Source: Gemmatimonadota bacterium (GTDB lineage: Bacteria > Gemmatimonadota > Gemmatimonadetes > Gemmatimonadales > GWC2-71-9). From it: a stretch of 64,000 nt of DNA. The notes beneath the pieces were generated by a model. It saw only the letters and a list, made by a program, of their open reading frames with translations, was not told the origin of the DNA and searched no databases. The translations under genes and the position numbers were made by a program. Positions 12,585-23,000 of this stretch are shown here, one piece after another (within the stretch, counting starts at the first letter, position 1; every line of letters begins with the position of its first letter). The stretch spans positions 123,359 to 187,358 of the forward strand of contig JAZDCZ010000386.1 of NCBI GenBank assembly GCA_036679605.1. The letters are read 5' to 3'.

Positions 12585-13040
12585 TTGAGTCGCAGTCTGA
12601 ACAAGGTGATGCTCATCGGCAATCTGGGCAATGATCCAGAGGTGCGGAGCACCGCCAACGGGACCCGTGTGGCCACCCTGTCGGTGGCCACGAGCCGCCA
12701 GTGGAACAATCAGGCGGGAGAGCGTCAGGAGAAGACCGAATGGCACCGTGTTGTGCTGTGGAACAACAAGTCTTCCGGCCTGGCCGATGTGGCAGAGAAG
12801 TACATGAAGAAGGGTGATAGGATCTACGTCGAGGGGCGGATCGAATACCGAACTTGGGAAGACCGAGAGGGAAAGACTCGCTACAGCACGGAGATCAATG
12901 CGCGGGAAGTGATCATGCTAGGGTCTCGCGCATCTGGTGTCGAAGCGGGTGCGCCCGTGAAGGCACCGGCCGGTGGGGGTGAGTCGTACGACGACTTTCC
13001 GGAGGCGCTAGATGAGGAAGACGACGATCTTCCGTTTTAG
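12585..13040 (+). CDS. ssb: Single-stranded DNA-binding protein
   Basis: SLNKVMLIGNLG.DPE, TEWHRVV, C-terminal DDDLPF; TTG start after GGAGGT. Confidence 0.96.
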   Translation: MSRSLNKVMLIGNLGNDPEVRSTANGTRVATLSVATSRQWNNQAGERQEKTEWHRVVLWNNKSSGLADVAEKYMKKGDRIYVEGRIEYRTWEDREGKTRYSTEINAREVIMLGSRASGVEAGAPVKAPAGGGESYDDFPEALDEEDDDLPF

Positions 13041-14187
13041 TTCTGCGGTGGCGGCCGCCGGCCTTATGGCCTCGGCGGTCGCCTTGCAGGCGCAGGAGCA
13101 AGCCGGGGGCGCCGCGCAGCGGCCCACGGTGCATGTCGTAGTCGATGGAGAAACTCTCTGGGACATTGCAGAGCGATACTTTGGTGATCCGTTTCTGTGG
13201 CCCCAGATCTATCGAATTAACACCATGGTGGTTGAGGATCCTCACTGGATATTCCCGGGCGAAGAACTCCGGCTGGTGCCGGCTGAACCGGTGCGAGTAG
13301 TCAGTGCCGAGCCTTCCGACGTCGATACTACCGAGTCGCGAGCAGTCGTCCCGCCACCCGAGGTGGTGACGATCGAAGAGCCGCCGCCGGCTCCTGTTGC
13401 ACCGCCACCGCCTCCGAGCGAGACAACGCCAACGATCTTCAACCGTCCCGAAGGGGCGGCGGCTATGCTCGTCGGACGGGCTGGATCACCGGCTTTTCGC
13501 TATCGTCCCGTTCGCCGAGGCGAGTTCTATGCCGCCGGATTCCTGACTGAGGGAGATGACCTTCCTTGGGCACATATGGTGTCGGCCGTCGGACGGCCGA
13601 CCATTAGGAACTTGCCAGGTTCTTCGTCGGCGCGGATCTACGGCGAGGTGAATATCGAGGCCCCGGAGTCGGCCACCTACCAGGTGGGTGATTCTCTCTT
13701 GATGGTAGACTTGACCCGCGAGGTCAGGGGATGGGGCCATGTGGTTGTGCCGACGGGAATCGTGCGAGTTTTGCACGTATCCGGCTCACAAGTCCGGGCC
13801 GAAGTGGTGACTCAGTTCGGACGGGTTGCCGACAGGCAGATGGCGCTCCCGCTCGAGACGTTCGACGACCCAGGTCTGGTGTCGCCGGTCCCGATAGAGA
13901 ATGGAGCGATGGGTCTGATCGTGGCGCCGCGAGATATCCATACCGTGCCGGGCCAGCAGGATGTCGTTTTCATCGATCTCGGTCGCGAGGATGGTGTTGC
14001 CCTCGGTGATCTTTTCGAGGTCTTGAAGCCCAGCAGCGATGCAGGGTCGGTTCCGGCTACGAGCGTGGCAGTCCTGCAAATCGTACACGTGCGTAACGGT
14101 TCGGCGTCCGGTTTCGTGATCAGCATCAGAGATCTAGGAATTGCTGAAGGTGCTCCAGTGCGTCTCGTTCGCAAGATGCCGTCATAG
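13012..14187 (+). CDS. Secreted LysM peptidoglycan-binding protein
   Basis: Signal peptide; HVVVDGETLWDIAERYFGDPFLWPQIY..N...DPHWIFPGEEL is a LysM domain. Confidence 0.85.
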   Translation: MRKTTIFRFSSAVAAAGLMASAVALQAQEQAGGAAQRPTVHVVVDGETLWDIAERYFGDPFLWPQIYRINTMVVEDPHWIFPGEELRLVPAEPVRVVSAEPSDVDTTESRAVVPPPEVVTIEEPPPAPVAPPPPPSETTPTIFNRPEGAAAMLVGRAGSPAFRYRPVRRGEFYAAGFLTEGDDLPWAHMVSAVGRPTIRNLPGSSSARIYGEVNIEAPESATYQVGDSLLMVDLTREVRGWGHVVVPTGIVRVLHVSGSQVRAEVVTQFGRVADRQMALPLETFDDPGLVSPVPIENGAMGLIVAPRDIHTVPGQQDVVFIDLGREDGVALGDLFEVLKPSSDAGSVPATSVAVLQIVHVRNGSASGFVISIRDLGIAEGAPVRLVRKMPS

Positions 14188-14306
14188 GTGGTGAGGAGCC
14201 CAGGGTGATCGGGTCCAGACTTGCCGCTGTATTGTGAGAGCGTGCTCTATCGCACTCACTTTGTAGATTCCGTCCTTGTTTAGATTCCTTCGCGTTACAA
14301 ATTCAT

Positions 14307-14333
14307 CGGCCGTCCACGGACGGCCGGTTGTTT
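14307..14333 (+). terminator. GC-rich hairpin with T-rich tail, possible terminator or attenuator
   Basis: cggccgtcc-ac-ggacggccg followed by gttgttt, intergenic. Confidence 0.35.
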
Positions 14334-14379
14334 ATGCGGTGTGTGCGGTTACTGACATACAGCATTTGAGAGGAGATTC

Positions 14380-15330
14380 ATGGCCAAGAAGGTGCTTGTG
14401 ACCGGTGGTGCTGGATTCATCGGCTCGCACGTTTCTGACCTTTACGTGAAGGACGGCTACGAGGTCACGATCATCGATAATCTGTCGAGCGGTCGTCGTG
14501 AGAACGTTCCGCCCAAAGCAACGTTTGTACAGTGTGATATCGGCTCGCCGGAGGCTCGCGAGCTGCTCGAGAGCAACCGGTTTGACGTGCTGAACCATCA
14601 CGCGGCGCAGATGGATGTCCGAGTCTCGGTGGCCGACCCTGAATTCGATGCCAGAACCAATATCTTGGGGTTTCTCAACCTTCTGGAGGGCGCTCGGGCC
14701 GGCGGTACTGGGCGCGTTGTGTTTGCATCGTCCGGTGGGGTTGTGTACGGCGAGAGCGACGCACTGCCGCACAAGGAGGATGCCCGCAAGCTGCCCATAT
14801 CACCATATGGAGTGAGCAAGCTCACCTCGGAGTTCTATCTCGCTGCCTACTCTCTGCTGCATGGCATTGAGGTCATCTCGTTGCGCTACGGCAACGTCTA
14901 TGGGCCGCGTCAAAACCCTCATGGTGAGGCTGGTGTCGTCGCGATATTCTGCAGCCGGATCAGCGCGGGTGCTCCAATCGAGATTTTTGGCGATGGCGAG
15001 CAAACACGCGATTACGTATTCGTCACGGACGTTGCGCGCGCGAACCTAGCCGTTACCAGTTGCCCCGTCGAGAGCATCGACACCATTGACGTGGCCGCAT
15101 TCAATGTCGGCACCGGAACCGAAACGAGTGTTAACACGCTTGCACAGACACTGATCGCTGCTACCGGAACCAACACGCAGATAGAGCACCTGCCTCCCCG
15201 ATCGGGAGAACTTCAAAGGAGCGCAGTGGACATAGGCCGGATACAGCGCGAACTCGATTGGGAGCCGCAGGTTCCATTACAAGAGGGACTGCAAGCTACC
15301 TATCAGTGGATTACGGAGAACGCCACGTGA
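14380..15330 (+). CDS. NAD-dependent epimerase/dehydratase (UDP-glucose 4-epimerase-like)
   Basis: VTGGAGFIGSH, YGVSK, RYGNVYGPRQ, DGEQTRDY. Confidence 0.9.
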   Translation: MAKKVLVTGGAGFIGSHVSDLYVKDGYEVTIIDNLSSGRRENVPPKATFVQCDIGSPEARELLESNRFDVLNHHAAQMDVRVSVADPEFDARTNILGFLNLLEGARAGGTGRVVFASSGGVVYGESDALPHKEDARKLPISPYGVSKLTSEFYLAAYSLLHGIEVISLRYGNVYGPRQNPHGEAGVVAIFCSRISAGAPIEIFGDGEQTRDYVFVTDVARANLAVTSCPVESIDTIDVAAFNVGTGTETSVNTLAQTLIAATGTNTQIEHLPPRSGELQRSAVDIGRIQRELDWEPQVPLQEGLQATYQWITENAT

Positions 15331-16043
15331 TCTTACAAGTGGGCGGAGCGCTGCCGACGAGCCCGTGGGAACTCATCACCGCATCGAGTGTCGCCACCAA
15401 GATCGTCCTTCTCATTCTCGTAGTTTTCTCAATGGTCTGCTGGTCTCTGATTCTACTTAAGTGGGTCCAGTTTAGGCGCGTGAGAAAGCTGGGTGACCGG
15501 TTCTTCGACGAGTTGGAACGCACGTCGCGCCTGGAGGATGCATACCACGCAGTGATGAAACTGCCGCCGTCTCCGTTCGGCCGCCTGTTGCGGGAAGGTC
15601 TGAACTTCTTTTCCGAAATCCGCCCGGGTGCGCTCAAGGAGAGAGGGGAGCAACCGCAGAACGACACCCTTTCATCCACGCAGCTCGAAGTGCTGCGGAT
15701 GCAGCTGGCAAAGGAGATAGGTGCGGAACGCGACCTGATGGCGCGGTTTATACCATGGTTGGCGACTATCGGCTCGGTGAGTCCGCTGATGGGGCTTTTG
15801 GGCACGGTACTCGGTGTCATGGATTCATTTCTCGGCATCGCATCCGGCGGGTCGGGAAATATTTCGGCGGTCGCACCCGGAGTGGCTGAAGCGCTCGTGA
15901 CTACCGTCGTGGGCCTGGCGGTCGCGATTCCGGCGGTAATCGCATATAACCTTCTCGCGAATCGGCTCGGGGTGTTCGTCGGTGAATTGGAAGGTTTCGC
16001 TCAGGAGATCATCGGCTCAATGGCGCGAGAAGGAAAAATTTAG
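15327..16043 (+). CDS. tolQ: MotA/TolQ/ExbB proton channel protein
   Basis: LATIGSVSPLMGLLGTVLG, VAPGVAEALVTT; first gene of a tol-pal cluster. Confidence 0.88.
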   Translation: MILQVGGALPTSPWELITASSVATKIVLLILVVFSMVCWSLILLKWVQFRRVRKLGDRFFDELERTSRLEDAYHAVMKLPPSPFGRLLREGLNFFSEIRPGALKERGEQPQNDTLSSTQLEVLRMQLAKEIGAERDLMARFIPWLATIGSVSPLMGLLGTVLGVMDSFLGIASGGSGNISAVAPGVAEALVTTVVGLAVAIPAVIAYNLLANRLGVFVGELEGFAQEIIGSMAREGKI

Positions 16044-16045
16044 CA

Positions 16046-16474
16046 GTGCCGAATCGAGGATTTGGGAACAGAGGCGACTTGCCACTCAGCGCGGACATCA
16101 ACGTGACGTCGTTGGTCGATGTCGCATTCGTCCTGCTGATCATCTTCATGATCACTGCGCCCATCATGCAGGGGGGGGTGGACGTCGAGCTGCCGCGAGG
16201 CGAGGCCCGTCCGATCCAGCCCAAGGACGGGCTCAACGTCACCGTGAACCGGGAGGGCCGGATCTTTGTGGGAGACGACAAGACTTCCCTCTCGTATCAA
16301 GAGTTTCGTACCACGTTCAAGGCGCTGGTCGATCGGCGGAAGCCCAACGGCGTTTACCTTCATGGCGATAAGCGTGCCGACTACGGTGATGTGGTGCGCG
16401 TATTGGCAGTGATTCAGGCGGCGGGGATCGAAGGGGTGGGAATAGTCTTGCAAGACGAGGTAATACGTCGGTGA
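16046..16474 (+). CDS. tolR: TolR/ExbD family protein
   Basis: DINVTSLVDVAFVLLIIFMITAP, GD...YG.VV.VL. Confidence 0.88.
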   Translation: MPNRGFGNRGDLPLSADINVTSLVDVAFVLLIIFMITAPIMQGGVDVELPRGEARPIQPKDGLNVTVNREGRIFVGDDKTSLSYQEFRTTFKALVDRRKPNGVYLHGDKRADYGDVVRVLAVIQAAGIEGVGIVLQDEVIRR

Positions 16475-17172
16475 GAGGATTGGGCCGGCCGGGTGTGACC
16501 AGCGCAACTGGAACCCGCGCAAGAACCGGCGGAGCAGTGGCAGGTAGTCTTGCCTTTCACATTCTCGCGGGTGCGTTGGTGTTGGTACCGGCCGGGGTGC
16601 AGCGAGCCATGCCGCCGGTCTACCGTGTGGAACTAGTCGCGGCCCCGAAAACAACTCGACAGACCCGCCGCGCTCCGGAGGTTGTGCAACGGCCGGCCGA
16701 GCGGACGGTGCCTACGCGTCAAGAACGTCGTACGTCTGTCGCAGAAGCGCCCCCTCCTCCCAAGCAAGATCGCGAACACGAGCAGGAGCCGGCGGCACGG
16801 ACGAATCCCGACACGTTGGTCGCGGATGCAGAGCCCTCGACCGGGAGCGATCCCGCGACGGTAAACACCAGCGGCGTAGATTTCCCGTACCCTGCCTACC
16901 TGCAAAATATCGTGGTACAGGTGTATCGCAGGTGGAGCCGTCCCAAGGGCAACCGGTCGCTCAAGGCCGAAGTGATATTTTTCATTCACCGGGACGGTGC
17001 GGTCACTAATTTTCAGTTTGTGCAACGCTCGGGGAGTTTCGGATTTGACACGGAGGCTCAGGGAGCCATAGAGGCGGCCGCCAATGCGGTCGCGTTTGGC
17101 CCGCTGCCTGATGGTTATCCGGCCGACGTTCTTCCGGTGAGCTTCTTCTTCGATCCCAAGTCGGCGAGATGA
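16471..17172 (+). CDS. TolA/TonB C-terminal domain protein
   Basis: N-terminal TM with SLAFH, Pro/Glu linker, TonB_2-like C-terminus; lies between tolR and tolB. Confidence 0.75.
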   Translation: MRGLGRPGVTSATGTRARTGGAVAGSLAFHILAGALVLVPAGVQRAMPPVYRVELVAAPKTTRQTRRAPEVVQRPAERTVPTRQERRTSVAEAPPPPKQDREHEQEPAARTNPDTLVADAEPSTGSDPATVNTSGVDFPYPAYLQNIVVQVYRRWSRPKGNRSLKAEVIFFIHRDGAVTNFQFVQRSGSFGFDTEAQGAIEAAANAVAFGPLPDGYPADVLPVSFFFDPKSAR

Positions 17173-18548
17173 CGGAGGGTTTGCGCAAGCGGATGCTCGG
17201 GGCGAAGACGCTGCGGGTTCTGCAGTTCTTGTTAGCGCCGGCGTTGGCAGCCAGTGCGGTGTCGGCCCAGGACACCATCCCGCCGGTTGAGCAAGGAGTC
17301 CGACTGGGTATCACTTACACCCCGGGAATGCGGCCGGGCATGCTCGTGTTGGGAGGACCGCATCGAGAAGTGCTCGATTCCGCCCGCACAATCTTGCGGC
17401 GAGATCTGGATTTCAGCGATCGCTTTGAGATGATTTTCCTGCCGGGTGGAGACAGTCTGGTTCTGGGTGTGAGCACGACCGAAGACAACGGGACGACCTC
17501 CGGGGTCTTCGTCAATTATTCGCTATATGCTGCTCTCGGGGCCGATTTCGCGGTCAGCGTGTTGGAGACCCCAGATTCCTCTCTCAGCGTGAACGTTTAT
17601 GACGTGAGGGGTGAGGCGGTGGCCAAGAGCGCAGTGCTGGCCGAATCCGATCCTCACTCGCCAGAGTTTAGGATGGAGGTACACCGGGCGGCGGACGAAG
17701 TGGTTCGCGTGGCGACCGGCGAGGTTGGGTTTGCGGCCAGCCGCGTCACATTCGTCAGCCGGGGTCGACTCTATACAATCGACTCTGACGGACGTGGGCG
17801 CAGGCCCCTGTCTCCCGATGGTGTGTCCGCCTTTTCTCCTGCCTGGTCTCCCGATGGTTGGATGCTGGCCTATACCGATTTCAGGCAGGGGAGCATCAGG
17901 CTCCATGACCTGAGATCGGATACGGAATCGACGATTGCGGTCACTTCCCAATATATGAACTACAGTCCGATATTCTCTCCGGACGGACGGGCATTGGCGT
18001 TCAGTCGGAGCTGGGAACAGGGCACTGACCTCTTCTCATATAACCTTGCGCAGGACTGTTGTTTACAACGCTTGACGGTGGGTCGGTTTTCCGATAACCT
18101 TTCACCAGCATTTAGCCCAGACGGGCGTCGAATCGCGTTCGAGTCAACTAGATCGGGCCTTGCTCAGATCTACGTGATGGCGTCAGATGGCACCGACCAG
18201 GAGCTGTTCGCACCATTTGATTATGGGGTAACGGGCGACTCGCATAGTCCGACTTGGTCTCCCGATGGGTTGTGGTTGGCGTTTCATCGAACGGTGGCCG
18301 GAAGTCCGCAGGTTTTCTTGATGGATTCGCGGACCAGAAGTGTCCGGCAGTTGACGAGCTTTGGCCGTAATGAAGATCCATCGTGGGGGCCCGACAGTCG
18401 GCACCTTGTGTTCAAGTCGAGCCGCACGGGATCGGAGCAGGTCTGGGTGATGGATACCGACACCGGACGCGTTCGCCAGCTGACTAGAATTGGTGGTACG
18501 AGGTTTCCCAAGTGGTCTCTTCGTATAGAGAGACCTGACGAAAACTGA
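17169..18548 (+). CDS. tolB: Tol-Pal beta-propeller protein TolB
   Basis: Repeated P.WSPDG motifs; DLDFSDRF in the N-terminal domain. Confidence 0.88.
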   Translation: MTEGLRKRMLGAKTLRVLQFLLAPALAASAVSAQDTIPPVEQGVRLGITYTPGMRPGMLVLGGPHREVLDSARTILRRDLDFSDRFEMIFLPGGDSLVLGVSTTEDNGTTSGVFVNYSLYAALGADFAVSVLETPDSSLSVNVYDVRGEAVAKSAVLAESDPHSPEFRMEVHRAADEVVRVATGEVGFAASRVTFVSRGRLYTIDSDGRGRRPLSPDGVSAFSPAWSPDGWMLAYTDFRQGSIRLHDLRSDTESTIAVTSQYMNYSPIFSPDGRALAFSRSWEQGTDLFSYNLAQDCCLQRLTVGRFSDNLSPAFSPDGRRIAFESTRSGLAQIYVMASDGTDQELFAPFDYGVTGDSHSPTWSPDGLWLAFHRTVAGSPQVFLMDSRTRSVRQLTSFGRNEDPSWGPDSRHLVFKSSRTGSEQVWVMDTDTGRVRQLTRIGGTRFPKWSLRIERPDEN

Positions 18549-18581
18549 ACTTGACTCAACGAACCTGATCTTGGAGTTACA

Positions 18582-19211
18582 ATGCGCCTTTCCCTAGCCA
18601 CTACATTGGGCATTTCTGCCATCCTGATCGCCAGCGCCTGCGGCGGCAATCCACCACCGCCGGTCACACCCCAGCCCGATCCGGATTCCATTGCACGGGC
18701 GAACGCCCAGCGAGACTCAATTGCGCGCGAGACGGCCCGTGCAGACAGCTTGAGGCGCGTGAGGGAACGCGAGGAGCGCGTCCGCCGCCAGCGGACTACC
18801 GATTCCCTGGCGACAATCCGCCGGGAGACAGATGCCGTCCGCGCGATGATTGCCCGAAGAGTCCACTTCGATTTCGATAAATCTGCAGTCCGTGTGGGTG
18901 AGGACACCGATGTGTTGAATGAGAAGCTGGCGGTCTTGCAGGCCAATCCCGGATTGAGTATCGAGATCACCGGACACTGCGATGAGCGCGGAACCGATCA
19001 GTATAATGTTGCCCTGGGCAATAGGAGAGCGATTTCAGCCCGGAAATTCCTGACCGACCGGGGCATAGATGCATCGCGCATTACTGTCGAGTCGAGGGGT
19101 GAGGAGCAGCCGGCCGACGCGGGCCACACTGAGAGCGCCTGGGCTATGAACCGACGGTCCGAATTCACAATTACGGGTGGTGGTTCGGTTCTCAAGCGTC
19201 CTGGGATGTGA
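18582..19211 (+). CDS. pal: Peptidoglycan-associated lipoprotein Pal (OmpA family)
   Basis: Lipobox ASAC, VHFDFDKS, GHCDERGTDQYNVALGNRRA, NRR. Confidence 0.93.
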   Translation: MRLSLATTLGISAILIASACGGNPPPPVTPQPDPDSIARANAQRDSIARETARADSLRRVREREERVRRQRTTDSLATIRRETDAVRAMIARRVHFDFDKSAVRVGEDTDVLNEKLAVLQANPGLSIEITGHCDERGTDQYNVALGNRRAISARKFLTDRGIDASRITVESRGEEQPADAGHTESAWAMNRRSEFTITGGGSVLKRPGM

Positions 19212-19996
19212 GGTCGTTTGGTGCATTTGTAGTAGCGTCCGTCGCCTTGAGCGCTTGTGCGCTCAAGGGCGATGTTCGTCGCGTTGAGAACGAAGTACAG
19301 CAACTCCGTGCTGAAATGGCCCGCGCAGATTCTGCGCGGGCCGATTTTTTTGATGTCACATTCCAACAGATAATCACGCTCCAGCAACGCCTTACGGACT
19401 CTGTTAGGCTCCAGAGTCAGCGGTTGGTGGCGTTTCAGGGCACGGTCCGAACCGACATGACAGAGGTCTTGCGGCTGCTGGTTCAAACTCAAGAACTCAC
19501 TGGCCAGAGCCAACAGCGACTCTCCGAGTTACAGGACAGGCTGGAGGAACGCGAAAGGGTCCCGGTCGTCCAGGGAGCGGTCGCCGGAGATACGTCGGGT
19601 GCGGCGATCTCTGCGGGGGATGTGCCACCTGCCTCCGAGATATACAACGTCTCGATCCAGCAACTGCGCCGCGGCAGCGTTCAGACGGCGCGCCAGGGTT
19701 TCAGATTTCTGCTGAGCAATTATCCCGACGACGAGCGGGCTGGAGATGCACTGTTTCATATCGGCGAATCATGGGAGCGCTCGGATCCCGATTCAGCTGC
19801 TGTCGCCTATGAGCTTGTTGCACAGCGCTATCAAGACTCGCCAAGAGCCCCCACGGCGCTGTACCGTCTTGGTCTTCTTGCCGAGCAACGGGGGGACCTA
19901 GAAGCAGCACAGGTGTATTACAATCGGGTTGTCAGCGGATGGCCCAGGTCGGACGCTGCTGAACTCGCCCGGGCCAAACTGAATCCGGGCCGCTAG
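19208..19996 (+). CDS. cpoB: Tol-Pal system protein YbgF/CpoB
   Basis: Lipobox, coiled coil and C-terminal TPRs; follows pal. Confidence 0.75.
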   Translation: MRSFGAFVVASVALSACALKGDVRRVENEVQQLRAEMARADSARADFFDVTFQQIITLQQRLTDSVRLQSQRLVAFQGTVRTDMTEVLRLLVQTQELTGQSQQRLSELQDRLEERERVPVVQGAVAGDTSGAAISAGDVPPASEIYNVSIQQLRRGSVQTARQGFRFLLSNYPDDERAGDALFHIGESWERSDPDSAAVAYELVAQRYQDSPRAPTALYRLGLLAEQRGDLEAAQVYYNRVVSGWPRSDAAELARAKLNPGR

Positions 19997-20024
19997 CTAA
20001 ACCGGTGCGTCCGGCGCACTCCAA

Positions 20025-23000
20025 ATGACTAGGAAACATCACAAGGGCGAAATGCCCTTTCTCGATCATCTCGAGGAACTGAGATGGCACATCCTGTGGA
20101 GTCTTGCCGCCCTCGTAGTAGGCTCGGCGATAGGCTTCTACACGGTGCAGCACTTCGACGTGCTGGCGTTGCTCAAGGCTCCGATCGCGCCATTCCTTCC
20201 CGAGGGCAAGCTGTTCGTCACGCGGCCCACCGAAGCATTTTTTATCACCCTCAAGCTTGCCCTGCTCGTCGGAGTCGTGCTCGCCGCACCGATCATTGCA
20301 TGGCGAGCGTGGTCGTTCCTGTCGCCGGCAATGTATGAACACGAAAAGAAGCATGTAACACCGGCCCTGATTGCAGGGATAGGACTGTTCCTGGCAGGGG
20401 CATTGATGGCATACCTGTGGGTGCTGCCGGCCGCTCTCAAGATCTTCTTCTCGTTCCAGCGGGAGGATCTCGAGTTCATCATCACAGCAAACGAGTATTT
20501 CAGTCTGGCCACCCAGATCATACTCGCGTTTGGAATCATGTTCGAACTTCCGGTTCTCATGGTGTTCCTCGCGACGATCGGGCTCGTTGGCCCCTCGGCA
20601 TTTGCCAAGAACCGGCCGTTCGCACTTGTGGTAGCAGCCGTTCTTGCCGCCATGCTCACGCCACCCGATGTGGTGTCGATGCTGATGTTGATGGCGCCGA
20701 TCGTGTTGCTTTACGAAGTCGGTATCATGATTTCGCGGGTCGTATGGAAGAAACGAGTCAACAATACAATTGCTGGCGCGGTGCTCATCCTATGCCTTTT
20801 GGGCGGTGCCACGTCCGTCAGTGCCCAAGGCGGGCAGCCACCGCCGCCGCCCCAGGGGCAGGCTGGTGTCCTGCAGGATACTGTTCCCCAGCCGATCGAC
20901 ACCGCTGCTGCGCGACTACTTGGCCTTCCCACTCAACCATCCCGCTCCTTCCCATCCGCAGACTCACTTCTTACGGCCCTGGCGGCGCTGACTGGATATG
21001 GAGTGACACGTTACGCCGCCGACAATCTGTCGCTGTTGACTCAGACGAGCGCCATCACGCTGAACGGACGTGCCTTGGTCGAGCGCGAGGGAAGTTTACT
21101 GGAGGCCGACTCTGTGCTGTTCTTGCAGAGCGAATGTAGAATGTTGGCGACTGGAGATCCCAAGCTCTTTGACAGGGAGACGATTTTAGTGGGCGAGGGA
21201 ATGTCATATGATACCTGTCTCAGGCGCGGAATCATCGCCAAAGGCTTTACGAGATTCAACCAACAGGGGGTAGATTGGTTCCTGAAGGGTGAGTTGGCGG
21301 TAGATTCTGCGTCCACCCGCATGTACTCGTATGAAAGCGACGTTACCTCGTGCGATCTCCCAACTCCGCACTATCACTTCGCGGCGCATAACGTCAAGTG
21401 GGTTTCCAACAACCTCATGGTAGCACGGCCCGCGGTGCTCTATGTGCGAGATGTGCCGGTATTGTGGCTTCCGTTCATGTTTCAGGACATGCGCATCGGT
21501 AGGAGAAGTGGCATCCTGGTCCCACGGTTTGGAATCAATGATCTGGTTCGTCCGAGTAGTGGCTACAAGCGCCATATAACCAATACGGGATACTACTTCG
21601 CCATCAACGATTACATGGATTTCCAGACTTCTATCGATTGGTTCTCGGAGAATTTTGTGGCGCTGAACGGTCAGTTCAGGTATCGGTGGCTCAACCAATT
21701 CGTGACTGGAAATCTTGCCCTGTCACGAATCTTCGAGTCGGGAGTGGACGGGGTGGGGGGCGCCAAATCTATGCGACTACAGTGGACGCACCAACAGAGT
21801 TTTGATCAACGCACCCGTTTGAACGCCAGCGTCGACTATGCGACGAGTGCTCGCGTTGTGGAGCGAAATTCGGTCGATCCACTCCTTCAGACGGCCACAT
21901 TGGGCAGCAGGATCAACTTCAACAAGCAGTATGACTGGGGAACGGTGACGGTTGGCGGGAGCCGCACGCAAGATCTGAGCAACAATACGGTGAGCCAGAC
22001 GCTCCCCAATCTGAGTATCTCCCCTGTCCCGATCAACTTGAGCGAGAACATCACTTGGTCTCCGTCGTTCTCATTGACGAGGGTGCAGCGACTGAGCCAA
22101 CGACCAGGCATCCCATTGCTATCGGCGCCGATAGGTGGGGTCGAGAGCGTAGACTCTCTATTTCCCGATCAGCGGACTCTGTCCGTTAGAGTCAATACCC
22201 CGCTTAGAGTCGGTCGGTGGAATCTGCAGAACGATTTCAGCTTCAGCGACTTCACGACGGACCGTCCGCCGCCGCCGCTCACAATCATCGATCCCGACGA
22301 CTCAAGCCAGGTCACGACCCGGTTTTTCGGAGAGGACTTCAACTCGAGCCTTGACTGGAATACGGGGATCAATCTGCCGATCCTGCTGTCGAGTACATGG
22401 AAGCTACAGCCAACACTGGGCATCCAGAACAAGACATCGGGCCCGTTCATGATACGAAACCGTTTTTCCGGTGGTAATTGGGTTAGCCAGGGGAAGAGGC
22501 TGTCGTTTGGTGCCAGCATCTCGCCGACGCTGTTCGGTTTCCTCCCCGGCGTGGCCGGGTTATCCCGCATCAGACATGCAGTATCTCCGCGGGTCAGCTG
22601 GAATCTCAGGCCATCGGCAACGGTGCCTGAGGACTTTGCCAGGGCCCTTGCCGGCCCTTCTGCTACTCTGCAGTTGAAGAGTCCTACGGTTCATACCGTC
22701 AGCTTCGGTCTGTCGCAGACGTTTGAAGGAAAACTCAAGCCCCCACCAGACGACACGACGTCGGATATCCGTAACTTGCCCAAGGTCAAAGTGCTGCGTA
22801 TTCAGACATCGTCGATCCAGTATGATTTCGAGCAAGCGAAGAAACCCGGAAGGAATGGCTGGCGCACGCAGTCGTTGCGGAACAGCTTGACTAGCGATCT
22901 ACTGCGTGGTTTTACGCTTTCGGCGTCCCACGATCTGTGGGATGGCCCCGTGGGTTTTGACAGTTCGTCTTTTAGTCCCTTTCTCACATCGGTGTCGGCG